This document shows, piece by piece, positions 24,229-30,479 of a DNA stretch of 32,000 nt. Source of the stretch: an uncultured Clostridia bacterium (lineage in GTDB: Bacteria > Bacillota > Clostridia > Oscillospirales > Oscillospiraceae); contig CAMJGL010000006.1 in assembly GCA_946405205.1 (NCBI GenBank), positions 10,640 to 42,639 of the forward strand, written 5' to 3'. How positions within the stretch are numbered: the stretch's first letter is position 1; every line of letters starts with the position of its first letter. A program made the position numbers and the translations under genes. The notes under the pieces were generated by a model. It had not been told where the DNA came from. It saw only the letters and a list, made by a program, of their open reading frames with translations, and searched no databases.

Positions 24229-26062
24229 AACGCGGGATACTGTCAAGGGTACGATTAAAACGCTGGATAAAGCAGCGATTGCTGGGGAACGCATGAAAGA
24301 AGCCTATGTACGAACCAAGGAAAAGGCTGAGCATGGCGTATATTCTGCGGAAAGCTCCCCGGAGGAATATGCGGCTGACCGCTTTTCGGGCGGTACGGAA
24401 ACAGTCACTTATGAAGCCGCCCACCAGTTTGACAAGCAGGGCCGTAAAGGCGTCCAGGCGACCAGGGAGAACATTTCCAAGGCAAAAGAGCATTTTGAAC
24501 AGCGTAAAGTCGGTTCGGAACAACCAAAAGCGGGAGCAGGACAGCACAGTCCAAACACTGAGCAGCATGGGGCGGTAATGGAGCAGCGCAAAGCAGACCT
24601 GCCGAAAAAGCAGGCCCGTGAAAAAGCGGCGGATCGTGTCCGCCGTCGCTCTGCGGATACGGCCCGTCAGTCTGTGAAAACCGCCGACCAAGAGGTTCAG
24701 GCCATTAAGACTGTAGAGCGTGGTGATAAGACCATTAAGCAGTCTGCCAGATCCACCGGAAAAGCTACAGTTAAGACGACACAGAAATCCATTAAGACTG
24801 CCCAGCAGACAGCCAGAACGACCATCAAGACCAGTCAGACCACAGCAAAGGCGGCACAGAAATCCGCCCAGGCAGCGGCAAAGGCTTCTCACCGGGCGGC
24901 TCAGGCAGCCCGTGCAGCGGCAAAGGCAACTGCAGCTGGTATTAAGGCCGCGGCAAAAGCTACTGCTGCGGCAGTAAAAGCAATTATCGCGGCAACCAAA
25001 GCACTGGTTGCCGCGATTGCTGCAGGTGGGTGGATTGCCGTGGCTGTCATTGTCATTATCTGCCTGATCGGGCTGATCGTTGGTTCCTGCTTTGGGATTT
25101 TCTTTTCTGGTGAGGATACCGGCACCGGGCAGACCATGCAAACGGTGGTGCGGGAGATCAACGAGGATTACGAAAACCAGCTTGACACCATCAAGGCCAA
25201 TATCTCATATGATGTGCTGGAAATGTCCGGCTCCCGTGCCGTCTGGCCGGAGGTGCTGTCTGTCTATGCAGTCAAGACCACCACCGACCCGGACAATGCC
25301 ATGGATGTGGCTACAATGGACGATTCACGAAAGGCCATTCTGAAGGACATCTTCTGGCAGATGAATGAAATCTCCTCCCGAACAGAAACCAACACCGAAA
25401 CGGTGATCGAGGAATCAGACGACGGCAACGGCAACATCGTGGAAACCACAACCACCGTTACCCGAACCACACTGTATATCACGGTCAGCCATAAAACCGC
25501 CGAGGAAATGGCTGACCATTTTAATTTCAATGCCGACCAGCAGGCGCAGCTTGCAGAGCTATTGGCAGATGAAAACAATTCCCTGTGGGCGGCAGTGCTG
25601 TACGGAATCGGCGTCAGCGATGACGCGATTGTTGCCGTGGCATTGTCGCAGGTGGGTAACATCGGTGGGCAGCCGTATTGGTCATGGTACGGCTTTGAGG
25701 GCCGTGTGGAATGGTGTGCTTGCTTTGTGAGCTGGTGTGCCAACGAGTGCGGCTATATCGAAAACGGCATCATTCCAAAATTCGCAGGTTGTGTGAACGG
25801 CGTCCAGTGGTTCAAAGACCGTGGCCAATGGGCCGACAACAGCATCGAGCCGACACCGGGCATGATTATCTTCTTTGATTGGGATTCCCCGAATGGCTCC
25901 TCCGGGTCGCAAGATGGTCTTTCCGATCATGTGGGTATCGTGGAGAAATGCGAAAACGGAATTGTCTATACCATCGAGGGAAACTCAGGAGATGCTTGTC
26001 GCCAGCGGCAGTATCCTGTGGGATACTATGAGATCCTGGGTTATGGTATTCCTGCCTATTAA
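24215..26062 (+). CDS. Membrane-anchored CHAP-domain peptidoglycan hydrolase (VirB1 functional analogue)
   Basis: GGAGGTGG SD upstream of the ATG at 24215; the gene overlaps srtB by 14 nt. An Ala/Lys/Thr/Gln-rich repetitive region spans about 24650-25020 and a TM helix about 25031-25104. The C-terminal CHAP signature is EWCACFVSW (first Cys codon 25715-25717) with HVGIV downstream. Confidence 0.85.
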   Translation: MPDIKTRDTVKGTIKTLDKAAIAGERMKEAYVRTKEKAEHGVYSAESSPEEYAADRFSGGTETVTYEAAHQFDKQGRKGVQATRENISKAKEHFEQRKVGSEQPKAGAGQHSPNTEQHGAVMEQRKADLPKKQAREKAADRVRRRSADTARQSVKTADQEVQAIKTVERGDKTIKQSARSTGKATVKTTQKSIKTAQQTARTTIKTSQTTAKAAQKSAQAAAKASHRAAQAARAAAKATAAGIKAAAKATAAAVKAIIAATKALVAAIAAGGWIAVAVIVIICLIGLIVGSCFGIFFSGEDTGTGQTMQTVVREINEDYENQLDTIKANISYDVLEMSGSRAVWPEVLSVYAVKTTTDPDNAMDVATMDDSRKAILKDIFWQMNEISSRTETNTETVIEESDDGNGNIVETTTTVTRTTLYITVSHKTAEEMADHFNFNADQQAQLAELLADENNSLWAAVLYGIGVSDDAIVAVALSQVGNIGGQPYWSWYGFEGRVEWCACFVSWCANECGYIENGIIPKFAGCVNGVQWFKDRGQWADNSIEPTPGMIIFFDWDSPNGSSGSQDGLSDHVGIVEKCENGIVYTIEGNSGDACRQRQYPVGYYEILGYGIPAY

Positions 26063-26070
26063 GATTAGGC

Positions 26071-26112
26071 AAAAGAAAAACAGAGGCGATATTGCCTCTG
26101 CTTTATTCTTTT
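26071..26112. terminator. Bidirectional terminator at the backbone/cargo junction
   Basis: 7-bp stem CAGAGGC (26081-26087) / GCCTCTG (26094-26100). It is flanked by AAAAGAAAAA upstream and CTTTATTCTTTT downstream, between convergent genes. Confidence 0.55.
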
Positions 26113-26465
26113 GCCTTACATAAACCTATTACGGTTGCTTCTACAACTAATAATTCTTTTTCGCTTAGCGTATCCAGTAGTGCGTCAAGTTGTCTGCGTG
26201 CAGTACTTTTTTCAGCTTTTTTATTTGGGAATATGTATTGATCTACTGAAATGTCAAACATCGTAACCAGCTGGATGAATAACTGCAAGCTCGGAATTTG
26301 TCCTTCATTTTCGATAGCCTGAATATGGCGAGGTGCATAATCAATCTTTTCAGAAAGCTGCTCTCTTGTTATGCCTTGTGATTCACGTGCCTTCTTTATT
26401 GCCATCCCTATCGGTTTGAAATCAAACTCTGTAAAGTCGGAAAATCCATTTTTACCATCGCTCAT
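26103..26465 (-). CDS. XRE-family helix-turn-helix regulator
   Basis: HTH: ITREQLSEKIDYAPRHIQAIENEGQIPSLQLFIQLVTMFDISVDQYIF. The start is taken at MSDGKNG (complement of 26463-26465); the track start at 26489 is the alternative. Confidence 0.8.
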   Translation of the reverse strand: MSDGKNGFSDFTEFDFKPIGMAIKKARESQGITREQLSEKIDYAPRHIQAIENEGQIPSLQLFIQLVTMFDISVDQYIFPNKKAEKSTARRQLDALLDTLSEKELLVVEATVIGLCKAKE

Positions 26466-26513
26466 AAGTTCACCGCCTGTCCTTTTCATTCCGTTTGTTA
26501 TATTATACGGAAA

Positions 26514-26578
26514 TGAAATCTCTTATTAAACGATGTGAAATCTCTGATAATAAGATATATAATCTCTACATATGAGAT
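26514..26578. repeat. Phased direct repeats plus a small palindrome in the XRE / reductase intergenic region (operator candidates)
   Basis: TGAAATCTCT occurs at 26514-26523 and 26536-26545, and AATCTCT at 26561-26567, giving a 22-nt register. ATCTC-N7-GAGAT lies at 26562-26578. Confidence 0.35.
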
Positions 26579-26752
26579 ATAAAAATTCACAACTGCATAG
26601 TTGATGCTGTTCAAACAAAAGATTATAATGGAAACGTACTGATTTTGATGAACGGAAGTACTGGAAAGGGTCGATTGGACTTTTTGGGGCCTTTTCACAT
26701 ATAAAAAACAGGATAAAGTAAACTTGATAAGAATTGAAAGGGGTTTTATACG

Positions 26753-27634
26753 ATGAACTTACTTATTTATGGCGCTGGTGTAATAGGATGCCTATATGCG
26801 GCATTGTTCAGTGATGCCGGACACAATGTCACCATATACGCAAGAGGGCAGCGACTGGAAATTTTAAAGAAAAATGGGTTGCTGTACTCTCAGAATAATA
26901 GAATTATGAAAGCGGAATTAACGATCATTGATAAATTGGAAGATGACGATTTATATGACTTTATATTTTTGCCTGTCAGAGAAAATCAAGTCCATATTGC
27001 ATTAAGGGAGCTAAAGAATAATGGCTGCCCCACTATTGTTACAATGGTCAACACACTGGAACCATACAGTAATTGGGAAGAAATTTGTGGAAAAGGCAGA
27101 ATTGTTCCTGCGTTTCCGGGGGCGGGCGGCAGTTTTGATGAAAATGTGCTCCACGCATCTCTTACTCCGAGGTTTATTCAGCCAACAACTTTTGCTGAGA
27201 TTTCGGGAGAAAAAACGGAAAGATTGTTGAAATTGGCATCTCTCTTTAAGCAAGCTCATATACCATATCAGATTGTGCAGGATATGCACGCCTGGCAATT
27301 GTGTCACTTAGCAATGGTTGTACCGATTGCAGATGCTTATTATATGGCAGACAACCCAGAAAAGGCGGGGTATGACGGAAAAGTAATGCTTTATACTGCA
27401 AAACAAATGCGGTGTAATTTTTCAGCACTTCATAAATTAGAAATAAGATTAACTCCGCCTAAAATGAATTTCTTTCGTCTTACACCGGTTTCTATATTGA
27501 GCATGGGATTGAGTTTCGTGTTCAGAAGCAAATTTGGAAATATGTTCATGTATCGGCATTCAATGAAAGCACCAGATGAGATGAGGCAACTACATGACCA
27601 GTTTTATGGATATATTCAGAGAAATTTAGCATAA
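26753..27634 (+). CDS. Ketopantoate-reductase (ApbA/PanE)-family NAD(P)-binding oxidoreductase
   Basis: N-terminal Rossmann motif LLIYGAGVIGCLYAALFSDAGHNVTIYARG. The 293-aa size fits the family, but the substrate cannot be inferred. Confidence 0.6.
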   Translation: MNLLIYGAGVIGCLYAALFSDAGHNVTIYARGQRLEILKKNGLLYSQNNRIMKAELTIIDKLEDDDLYDFIFLPVRENQVHIALRELKNNGCPTIVTMVNTLEPYSNWEEICGKGRIVPAFPGAGGSFDENVLHASLTPRFIQPTTFAEISGEKTERLLKLASLFKQAHIPYQIVQDMHAWQLCHLAMVVPIADAYYMADNPEKAGYDGKVMLYTAKQMRCNFSALHKLEIRLTPPKMNFFRLTPVSILSMGLSFVFRSKFGNMFMYRHSMKAPDEMRQLHDQFYGYIQRNLA

Positions 27635-27636
27635 AT

Positions 27637-27677
27637 AAAACCCGCCTGATTTGAAAATACATAGTCAGGCGGGTTTT
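27637..27677. terminator. Bidirectional terminator between convergent reductase and AraC genes
   Basis: Perfect 13-bp stem AAAACCCGCCTGA (27637-27649) / TCAGGCGGGTTTT (27665-27677) with a 15-nt loop. Confidence 0.65.
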
Positions 27678-27701
27678 ATTTATATACCACGGAACCATTT
27701 G

Positions 27702-28748
27702 CTATTTCTCGGTAGCGTTGTTCACTTGATTGAGAACAGATTTTTTGGAGATAGCTACATGAGCCTTTCGATATTCTTTCGGAAGGACACCGAAGAAGTC
27801 TTGAAAAGCTATTGTAAATTTACTTTGGCTTTCATATCCGACCATTTTTGCTATTTGAGAAATGCTTTTCTCAGACTCTCTTAACAAAACTGCTGCTTTT
27901 TCCATTCGATGCTCCTTGGTATGAGCTGCGATGGAAGAACCATAGACGGCTTTGAAAACAGATTTCAATGTTGAGGAATTCATCAGATATTTTTTTGCCA
28001 GTTCATCTATAGTGATGCGTTTGTCCAGATTATCTACAAGCTCATTATGAATCAGCTTAATCGTATGAATTTGATCAGCCTGATACTGTGTTGGGTTGCC
28101 TTTGGTTGAGGGTGAAAGACTGTATAAATATAGCAGAAGCTCCTGAACCTTTAGCTTAAAGTAAGCCAAGCGAAGGGACTCTGGTAAATCAAATAATCCG
28201 TTAAAAAGGGTATTGGTATGTTCGCTTCCGGGAAAGATGGAAAGATCTCCGTTTGCACAAAACTTTTGATACAAGAAATCTCCGGTAATAGGCGTTCCGT
28301 ATAACGCCTCCGGCTGTTCCAGTTTCAATATTTGTGTGTCAATGCATACTACAATTCCTTCATAGTATCCTAAAGGTAAGGAGATTGCTGAATCAGAACA
28401 GAGTGACAATGTATGGATGGAGAAATCCCCTGGTCCTAAATAAAGAACACGCTTGTCTTTCATTTCCCAGCCAATGCGACCTTGTCGGCAATAGTTAATC
28501 TCTATGACAGAGTCAATGGCATCATGTTGGAGTACAGCCCTGTCGGTCAGCAGACAAAAGAAAGACAAATCAATTCCCGGATAGATGGAATAGTTTTCTA
28601 TTTTTCCTTTGCCGTGAAGCACCATCTCAGAGTATTCTGGAAATATCTTTGCCGCATCATCTTTATAAGTATATTTTTGTTCCAGCAGTATCTGATTCGG
28701 AATGTCCTCAAGTTTTTTTTCAATTTCAATCTTTGATGGATAATACAC
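27702..28748 (-). CDS. AraC-family transcriptional regulator with an N-terminal sensor domain
   Basis: C-terminal double HTH: ITIDELAKKYLMNSSTLKSVFKAVYGSSI...ISQIAKMVGYESQSKFTIAFQDFFGVLPKEYRK. The GTG start at 28748 has an AGGAGG SD that overlaps the arsR stop codon. Confidence 0.85.
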   Translation of the reverse strand: MYYPSKIEIEKKLEDIPNQILLEQKYTYKDDAAKIFPEYSEMVLHGKGKIENYSIYPGIDLSFFCLLTDRAVLQHDAIDSVIEINYCRQGRIGWEMKDKRVLYLGPGDFSIHTLSLCSDSAISLPLGYYEGIVVCIDTQILKLEQPEALYGTPITGDFLYQKFCANGDLSIFPGSEHTNTLFNGLFDLPESLRLAYFKLKVQELLLYLYSLSPSTKGNPTQYQADQIHTIKLIHNELVDNLDKRITIDELAKKYLMNSSTLKSVFKAVYGSSIAAHTKEHRMEKAAVLLRESEKSISQIAKMVGYESQSKFTIAFQDFFGVLPKEYRKAHVAISKKSVLNQVNNATEK

Positions 28749-28757
28749 TGTTTCCTC

Positions 28758-29126
28758 CTAAGTTTCCGGGCAGGTGATTTCCATAATTTTCTCTATCGCC
28801 AGATGTAAAAGGCGGCTTTGCTCTGTATCAGCAGCCTTATAATATACTTCTTTTCCCTCTCTTCTGCTGACAATTAATCCTCTGTCTTTCAGCTGGCGCA
28901 GATGATGGGACACTGCCGGACTGGTCATATCAACCAGTGCAGAAATATTGATGACACATTCTTCGCAGTGACACAACAGCCAGTAGATGCGAATTCTGCT
29001 GCTGTCCCCAAGTAGCTTGAACACATCCGCAACAGTTTGGAAAGTATCTGTTTTATCCAATGCTGTTTTTAACTGCGTTATTTCGTGATTATCATTATGG
29101 TGATGAGGTAAAATATCTGCAGGCAT
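28758..29126 (-). CDS. ArsR/SmtB-family metalloregulator
   Basis: RIRIYWLLCHCEECVINISALVDMTSPAVSHHLRQLKDRGLIVSRREGKEVYY (winged HTH with a Cys cluster in the alpha3 position), plus a His-rich N-terminus LPHHHNDNHE. The start was moved to the ATG at the complement of 29124-29126 (AAAGGAG SD). Confidence 0.85.
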   Translation of the reverse strand: MPADILPHHHNDNHEITQLKTALDKTDTFQTVADVFKLLGDSSRIRIYWLLCHCEECVINISALVDMTSPAVSHHLRQLKDRGLIVSRREGKEVYYKAADTEQSRLLHLAIEKIMEITCPET

Positions 29127-29174
29127 TACACCGGCTCCTTTCAATTCATATCTGTGTACTCTGCGTGTAAATTG

Positions 29175-29203
29175 ATTTTACCATATTCATTTCAATTAAA
29201 CAA
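29175..29203 (-). promoter_or_regulatory. Candidate arsR promoter
   Basis: Read on the minus strand: -35 TTGTTT (29198-29203), a 17-nt spacer, and an extended -10 TGgTAAAAT (TAAAAT = complement of 29175-29180). Confidence 0.4.
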
Positions 29204-29221
29204 GTGCTTAATTTTTGAATA
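29193..29221. promoter_or_regulatory. Operator-like box A (overlaps the arsR -35)
   Basis: CAATTAAACAAGTGCTTAATTTTTGAATA is 24/29 identical to box B. It is nested in the larger dyad TATTCA...TGAATA (29185-29221) and contains AATTAA-N8-TTAATT. Confidence 0.45.
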
Positions 29222-29277
29222 GAATAGCCCAAACGGAAATGATATTCGCCCAAATGGTAGGTTATGCTGTTATGCTA

Positions 29278-29306
29278 TTGACTTATGCTTGCCAGAATCA
29301 TATAGT
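29278..29306 (+). promoter_or_regulatory. Candidate promoter of the HMA gene
   Basis: -35 TTGACT (29278-29283), a 17-nt spacer, and -10 TATAGT (29301-29306). Confidence 0.45.
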
Positions 29307-29316
29307 AAAGGAGCAT

Positions 29317-29345
29317 CAGTTAAATGAGTGCTTAATTGTTTAATA
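29317..29345. promoter_or_regulatory. Operator-like box B (just downstream of the HMA -10)
   Basis: CAGTTAAATGAGTGCTTAATTGTTTAATA shares the core AGTGCTTAATT (29327-29337) with box A (29203-29213). Confidence 0.45.
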
Positions 29346-29369
29346 CAGATTCTGAAAGGAGATAATCCA

Positions 29370-29588
29370 ATGAAAAAGACCTACAAAATTGAAGTTGATT
29401 GCGCTAACTGTGCAAACCTTATGGAAGAAGCTACACGCAAAACCGCTGGTGTTCAGAATGCCACGGTTAACTTTATGACTCAGAAAATGATTGTTGAGTT
29501 CGAGGATGGTCAGGACCCTAAGGCTGTTATGCTTCAGGTGCTGCGAGCCTGCAAAAAGGTTGAGCCTGACTGTGAGATCGAGTTGTAA
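29370..29588 (+). CDS. Stand-alone heavy-metal-associated (HMA) domain protein
   Basis: GAAAGGAG SD upstream of the ATG at 29370. The sequence YKIEVDCANCANLMEEATRKTAGVQNATVNFMTQKMIVEFED contains the CxxC motif (CANC). Confidence 0.85.
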   Translation: MKKTYKIEVDCANCANLMEEATRKTAGVQNATVNFMTQKMIVEFEDGQDPKAVMLQVLRACKKVEPDCEIEL

Positions 29589-29602
29589 AAAAATTGTCTG
29601 TA

Positions 29603-29645
29603 AAAGCGCTCTAAACGCGATTTTGCGGATAGGGCGCTTTTATCA
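29603..29645 (+). terminator. Hairpin + U-tract after the HMA gene
   Basis: AAAGCGCTCT (29603-29612) / AGGGCGCTTT (29631-29640) with one G-U pair and an 18-nt loop, running into TTTTAT. Confidence 0.45.
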
Positions 29646-29737
29646 GACCAATAGTTAAACAAATAAGCAATAGTTGAATTAGTGTATTTGGGGTATACTA
29701 CATTTTATCTTTTGCAGAAAGGAACGGACAAAACGAA

Positions 29738-30361
29738 ATGAAGAATGGATTGATGCCCCAAGCTATGTGGCTATGCTTTCGAGGCTCCTTTGCACGGGAA
29801 GTGCATCGTATGAGTAAAGAAGAACCTCGAATAGTAATGGCGAAAGCCAGAAAACGCTATCAGAAGGTTTTAATGACAATCCCCGAATTTGAAACGGGCG
29901 ATCCCTTTCTTACCAATATTTTGAGTGCGGCAATGCTGGCATCGGTATATCTGGAATTGACAGAGAAACCAAACCTTGAACAAGTTACTGATTTTTATCA
30001 CCATGCTATGACTAACAATATAATTATGAGGTGTTACCTTAAAAGGGGTAGCAAGTACACAGCAAAAGCGCAGGCAAAGTTGAAGCGACAGGGTGAGGAA
30101 AGCGCGAGGCGGTCAGGATCAAATCCCTACACATGGTGCTTTCGCTATGAAGCAGGAAAGGACATCAACAGTTACTCAGCTATTTTTACTTACTGTGGTA
30201 TCCTACACTTGTTAAAGACGTTGGATATACCCGAGATTTGTCCTGCTATGTGTACCTATGATTATGATATGGCAGATTTAGGCGGCAGCACATTTATCCG
30301 CAACCACACACTGGCGGGTGGAGGGCCATGTTGCGATTGCCATTGGACAAGAAAACTCTAA
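29738..30361 (+). CDS. ATC-hydrolase-family (L-2-amino-thiazoline-4-carboxylic acid hydrolase-like) protein with a Cys-rich C-terminus
   Basis: The C-terminal pattern YCGILHLLKTLDIPEICPAMCTYDYDMADLGGSTFIRNHTLAGGGPCCDCHW resembles the conserved end of PF14196-type proteins from recall. The start is uncertain: 29738, or the Met of MSKEE at 29810. Confidence 0.5.
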   Translation: MKNGLMPQAMWLCFRGSFAREVHRMSKEEPRIVMAKARKRYQKVLMTIPEFETGDPFLTNILSAAMLASVYLELTEKPNLEQVTDFYHHAMTNNIIMRCYLKRGSKYTAKAQAKLKRQGEESARRSGSNPYTWCFRYEAGKDINSYSAIFTYCGILHLLKTLDIPEICPAMCTYDYDMADLGGSTFIRNHTLAGGGPCCDCHWTRKL

Positions 30362-30479
30362 ATAATAATTATTGCGATAATGAGTTCTCACGGCAGATTT
30401 CCAGACAACAATTTATAGTGCGAACTCCAACCTGCATTTCACCGCTGGTGGTGCTTTTCGCAGAAAGGAATGGTTATCA

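Larger units (their letters stand above)
1..26100. mobile_element. Partial integrative/conjugative element backbone (MobC + relaxase + Gram-positive VirB4/VirD4-type T4SS + leading-side accessory genes); both ends lie outside the window
   Basis: A co-linear set of conjugation genes is identified by motifs (see the individual CDS). No integrase, recombinase or att repeat was seen. The backbone is visibly GC-richer than the inserted islands: 31/60 G+C in nt 5701-5760 and 32/60 in nt 25981-26040, against 15/60 in nt 6001-6060 and 14/60 in nt 26521-26580. Confidence 0.8.

Noticed and set aside
24650-25020. Periodic DNA repeats (ccattaaga-type units, GCnGCn runs) that might be taken for a tandem repeat locus or a CRISPR-like array.
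   Set aside because: The units are imperfect, in frame, and encode an Ala/Lys/Thr/Gln-rich low-complexity segment of the CHAP protein. There is no repeat-spacer structure.
26498-26698. A 66-aa minus-strand ORF in the AT-rich XRE/reductase intergenic region.
   Set aside because: It has no SD and an Ile/Asn/Tyr/Phe-rich composition expected from random AT-rich DNA. It spans the operator-like repeats and the promoter region.
27651-27884. A 77-aa + strand ORF starting inside the loop of the bidirectional terminator.
   Set aside because: It begins with TTG within the hairpin loop and runs antisense to the conserved HTH end of the AraC gene, with no SD.
30362-30479. A possible attenuator or terminator (CACC…GGTG followed by CTTTTCG) between the ATC-hydrolase-like gene and the ATPase.
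   Set aside because: The stem is only about 4 bp, too weak to call. The two genes are more simply read as co-transcribed.
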